Shown here: positions 60,168-64,000 of the stretch, piece after piece
How the letters are laid out: each line of letters starts with the position of its first letter
How positions within the stretch are numbered: the stretch's first letter is position 1
Source: an uncultured Chloroflexia bacterium
GTDB taxonomy: Bacteria > Chloroflexota > Ktedonobacteria > Ktedonobacterales > Ktedonobacteraceae
DNA length: 64,000 nucleotides
Assembly (NCBI GenBank): GCA_963769535.1
Contig: CAVYMC010000005.1
Span: 89,084 to 153,083 of the forward strand
Direction: 5' to 3'
Notes under the pieces: generated by a model
What the model saw: only the letters and a program-made list of their open reading frames with translations
Told to the model about the DNA's origin: nothing
The model's database searches: none
Translations under genes and position numbers: made by a program

Positions 60168-61568
60168 TTACCGGAGACCTGATAATTCTTCACGAGCAGT
60201 ATTATTCCAATAAGCCGGGTCCAATGCTACAGCCTGCAGCAGGAGCGCCCGTTCGTCGATATAATTGCCCTGCCCGGCGTCACTTAATGCCATATAGGTA
60301 TACGCTGACGACTGGATATCCGCGTTATGACTCAAAGCGATAACCTGGGCCATCTGCGATCCACAGGCTATGTAGTTACCCAGGTCATAGTCGATGCGCC
60401 CGATCATATAGCGACTATAGACATTGCCGGGATCGGCATATGACATGATTTGTAGCCAGGACAATGCCGTCTCGTCATTCCTTTGCTCCGCCTGCGGTGT
60501 GATAACTCGCACGTTAAATCCACCGCCCCTGGTGATGCTTAGTGGCCCCACATTCTCTGCCAGATTTGTGAGCAGCGTGCTCATCTCATCCGTTATCCAG
60601 GAGACCCCGCGATGCGTTTGCCAGACGATATAGAGTTCACGGTAGGCATTCAGATTGTCCCTATGCTGAAGATAGGAAGAAGCAAGATAGAAACGAATCT
60701 CATCGCTTTGCTGGCCCGGCTGTACGTAATACAGAGCTTCTCCTCGTTGGACGTGATAGTAGACCATGTGATCGAGCTGAGGATTCAAGGCAACCGCTTT
60801 ATCCAACCACTGCAAAGCTTGCGCATAATTTCCCTGCGCCAGTAAAACTTTGGCCTGGTACTCACAGACGACCGAGGCTGGAGCGCGCCCGCATACAACC
60901 ACGAATGCGAACCCCAGGAGCAGCCAGCCGAGGATACGAGTCGATCTGCGGCGTTTCTTCGCAACACACGCGGGGGACCGTCTCTGCGTTTCTATAAGCA
61001 GCCAGCCGCTTACAATGGGAAGGAACGGGCCAATCGATAGCTGATCCACCAGCAATTCGAGGCGCATTTGCAACGTCGATGCGCTTAAGGCACGCGGATC
61101 AAGAGGAAGGAACGGCAGCGCGATCGCATAGCCGAAGTGCCTTTGTATCAACAGCATCTGTACCCTGTGCTGAGTGAGCTGGTTGATCCCGACAAGGTCT
61201 GCAAAAAGATACTGCAAGAGAAACAGCAGCACAGGCAGCAGACACAGGCAACCGGCAAGACCAGACCAGCGTGAGAAGGAGTGACGCTGTCTAAATATGT
61301 TCCAGTTCGCAATGGCGGCGACAAAAGAGCAGCACGCGCAGAGCAGGCAGAGCAATCCATAATTGAATATATCTATATGAAACTGCCAGCCAATATCGAC
61401 AGGCAAATTCCAGGCCAGATCCGCTTTGCCAAGCGGATCGTTCAGCCAGGGAAGCACACTCGCGCATAACATCAAACTACCCGCTACCACAGGCACAATG
61501 TACTGCGGGCGGCTTACGTCTTTCCAGCGCTGGAGTAGTAGCTCTTTAGAAGCAGATAGTATCATCAA
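60168..61568 (-). CDS. polytopic membrane protein with C-terminal TPR-like repeats
   Basis: Six or more hydrophobic helices in the first 230 aa, then 'AKVLLAQGNYAQALQWLDKAVALNP' type repeats. Confidence 0.65.
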   Translation of the reverse strand: MMILSASKELLLQRWKDVSRPQYIVPVVAGSLMLCASVLPWLNDPLGKADLAWNLPVDIGWQFHIDIFNYGLLCLLCACCSFVAAIANWNIFRQRHSFSRWSGLAGCLCLLPVLLFLLQYLFADLVGINQLTQHRVQMLLIQRHFGYAIALPFLPLDPRALSASTLQMRLELLVDQLSIGPFLPIVSGWLLIETQRRSPACVAKKRRRSTRILGWLLLGFAFVVVCGRAPASVVCEYQAKVLLAQGNYAQALQWLDKAVALNPQLDHMVYYHVQRGEALYYVQPGQQSDEIRFYLASSYLQHRDNLNAYRELYIVWQTHRGVSWITDEMSTLLTNLAENVGPLSITRGGGFNVRVITPQAEQRNDETALSWLQIMSYADPGNVYSRYMIGRIDYDLGNYIACGSQMAQVIALSHNADIQSSAYTYMALSDAGQGNYIDERALLLQAVALDPAYWNNTAREELSGLR

Positions 61569-61613
61569 TGTTTACCCTATCAACCTTATCATCGTGGAAC
61601 AGCGGAAACATGG

Positions 61614-62922
61614 CTAGGATTCGACGCCGTTAACACTAATTTCCTGCCCATTTTGCAAATCGTCCGCGCCAACCAGGACAACCCTGTCGCCTGCCGAGAT
61701 ACCGCCATCAATAAAGATCGTATCAACCGAGCGCGCCACAATCTGTACCTTTTGTATGTATGCGTGCTGATTGCGCACAACAAACACGATACTCTCTCGT
61801 TCGGGATTGAGTACCGCGAGACGAGGCACACCGAGCGCTTTACCCGCGTTATGTATATGCACAAAGGCATTCATGCCTGGCAAAAGTATCTGTTGCGGAT
61901 TCGCTACCATTACCCAGATCTCAAAGGTGTCTGTCTGTGAGTCTGCCTGGGGAATGATTGCGCTGACTTTTCCCTGAATGTTGACACCGGGGAGAGATGA
62001 TGGAGTAACGGTAGCTATCTGACCGAGCCTGTACCTGTGTCAGATAGGTTAGCGGTATCTCCGCGCGCACAATCACTGACGACTCGTCCATAATGACGAT
62101 CATCGTTCTGTTGGCTGCAAAAATTTCCCCAGGAGCAATATATAAAGATGTAACGATACCGCTGATAGGCGAAATGACCGTGCCATTATGCAGCGTTGAG
62201 GACGAGGCTTCGGCCTCAAGCGCGTCATACTTATCCACTGCCATGTTGTAATATTGCTGAGCCTGCGCGATAGCCACCGTGTTTCCGTTCGCTTTCACAG
62301 TAGCGAGGTAGGCGCTCGAAGAAGTCACGTCCTTTGCCGCCTGTCCAATCTGGGCATTCAATACCGCCAGATCCAGTCGAATAAGTGGCTGGTTCGCGGT
62401 AACTTGATCTCCGGGCGCAACCAGGACCGCAAGAGCGCGTTCAGCAATTGGATAGGAAATATCCTCCTCCTGGAGCGGATAGACGATGCCACCACCGCCA
62501 ATATCTTCTATGAAGCCCTGCGTTCCCACCTTATAGAGCGTCACACCAGGCGGCAAAGATTTTACATGTATCCAGACAGAGAGGCCCCCTATCATGAGCA
62601 AGACAGCCAGGCAGAGCAGCCCGCTAATCAGCAGGAATCGTTTGTTCGTCCCTCGCGCCGGTTGGGAGCGAATAGATATGCCAGGCATTTTCAGCGTGGG
62701 GGAAAAAGCCAGGGATCTGTCCTCCGTCTTTCCTTCTGGAGAGGGAGGGGGATTGTGTCCTTTTTCGACTTCGACGTGTGTAGTACCGGTATCAAGCATG
62801 ACCTGAGAGAATCGTTCTCCCTGTACCGAAGGCGGAGAGAGCTTCTGAGTGTCTTGCTGCCTCGTCGGTAAATAATCTTTCAGGCGTGATTGCCCGGTTT
62901 TTGGTTCTTTGTGATCGTCCAT
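61614..62922 (-). CDS. HlyD/membrane-fusion-family periplasmic adaptor (frameshift ~62027 as sequenced)
   Basis: TM 'FLLISGLLCLAVLLMIGGL' and lipoyl-like 'VAPGDQVTANQPLIRLD' / 'SPISGIVTSLYIAPGE'. ORFs 61921..62922 and 61614..61910 join as '...YLTQVQLGQIATVTPSS...'. Confidence 0.8.
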
Positions 62923-64000
62923 TATAAACCTCGTGAAATGAACCTGTCGGCCTGGAACGGCTCTGCCACCATAGCCGAAGGCGCTATTATTTCGTTCATT
63001 ACTGGTACATCATTTTCGTCTTTTACGAGCCTGATGCGCCTGTTCTTGCTGAATACTGCTTTAGGAGCGATATTCTGAAAGGCAGAGGTCTGTCCTCTTT
63101 TTGCTGTCCGCGCATTGATGAGCAGCATTGGTAACGTCGGCGTACTATCGTCAAATTCTAACGCTTCTGCATTAAATACATCCTGCTCCTCCTTTGTAAA
63201 CCACAAAACGTTGGCTTCTCTGCTTGCAATCGATCTACGCCCCTGACTACTATCCGGATTTTGCAGTTTTATGGTCCTCTCATCGCTGCGCGTGGTGAGA
63301 TAGAAGAGACCGCCAATCGCTCCAAAAAAGAGCACCTGCACATCCATTAGCAGAGCCAGCAGCAGTGAAGTTGCCGTAGGAACATGCACCGTCGCAAAGA
63401 TATAGACAAAGGCGCTCTCGCGTAACCCGAAACCGTTAATAGTGATGGGCAGGAATGCCACCAGCGAGGCGACCGGAATAGCGACAAAGTAGAAGTACAT
63501 GGGGACGTTCATACCCAAAGCTTCGGCGTACACATAGTAATTCAAGGCAGAGAGAATCCAGAACACCACCCCTATCAAGGTGACGATAGCTAAAAGGCGT
63601 GGGCGCTTCATAGCCATGATGAGTGCGCCACCAACCGGAATGACATTGGTAAGGATACGGTGCTTCATCCAGCTTTTTTTCAATATTCTGGGCAAAACAG
63701 CCGTCAGCAGGATCACTCCCCCGATCATGCCTCCAACTAACAGGCTCAGCAGGATGGCCCAGAGCACAAGCCCCCGATTGAAATTGACGCGCCAGATAAT
63801 CAGAGCAGTGAAAGCCACCAGTTGCATTCCGAAAAACCCGGTCAGGCGGGTCATCACGACGGCGCTGGCGGAGCCGGCATAATTGCCCGACTCGCGACCG
63901 ACATACAAGGCTTTAATCACGTCTCCTCCCATACCCGTTGGGAGAAAATGGCTGAAGCCAGTGCCTATCAGGTACAGCTTGACCAGTTTCACCAGGCCAA
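62922..64000 (-). CDS. lysylphosphatidylglycerol-synthase-TM-like ('flippase-like', UPF0104) membrane protein, 5' end outside window
   Basis: 'FLPTGMGGDVIKALYV' and many helices. The frame is still open at nt 64000. The stop TAA overlaps the ATG of the HlyD-like gene (TAATG). Confidence 0.7.
   Translation of the reverse strand, partial: GLVKLVKLYLIGTGFSHFLPTGMGGDVIKALYVGRESGNYAGSASAVVMTRLTGFFGMQLVAFTALIIWRVNFNRGLVLWAILLSLLVGGMIGGVILLTAVLPRILKKSWMKHRILTNVIPVGGALIMAMKRPRLLAIVTLIGVVFWILSALNYYVYAEALGMNVPMYFYFVAIPVASLVAFLPITINGFGLRESAFVYIFATVHVPTATSLLLALLMDVQVLFFGAIGGLFYLTTRSDERTIKLQNPDSSQGRRSIASREANVLWFTKEEQDVFNAEALEFDDSTPTLPMLLINARTAKRGQTSAFQNIAPKAVFSKNRRIRLVKDENDVPVMNEIIAPSAMVAEPFQADRFISRGL

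Overview
The window is 64 kb of GC-rich chromosome with several AT-rich islands. Gene content and the abundant GC-rich palindromic repeat families suggest a Chloroflexota (Ktedonobacteria-like) genome, but that is inference only. I can support about 50 protein genes and 3 tRNAs (Arg-CCU, Cys-GCA, Gly-GCC). There are at least four interspersed repeat families, several hairpin terminators and two truncated gene remnants. Housekeeping genes include hflX, recO, ychF, prmA, rsmE, galU, ada, an sbcD-like nuclease and an acyl-CoA mutase large subunit. Accessory loci are: (1) a roughly 2040-aa SpvB/TcdB-mid/RHS 'BC-type' polymorphic toxin with a low-GC tail (1867-8550). (2) A pair of large paralogous proteins, one with an N-terminal SWIM zinc finger, beside two tRNA genes (36798-41840). 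(3) A compact type VII-like secretion locus with two WXG100-like proteins, a three-module FtsK/SpoIIIE membrane ATPase, a coiled-coil protein with a disordered tail and an RHH protein (45017-50999). This is my best candidate for a poorly described system. (4) A cell-envelope operon encoding a flippase-like protein, a HlyD-like adaptor, a TPR membrane protein, a GT-C glycosyltransferase and a glycoside hydrolase (55601-64000). (5) A low-GC orphan Toprim/DUF4276-like gene. Caveat: at least 12 conserved genes are interrupted by single-nucleotide frameshifts, mostly in short homopolymers. I read these as probable sequencing or assembly indels rather than decay, so the ORF track fragments many real genes. 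I have merged the fragments and say so in each case.
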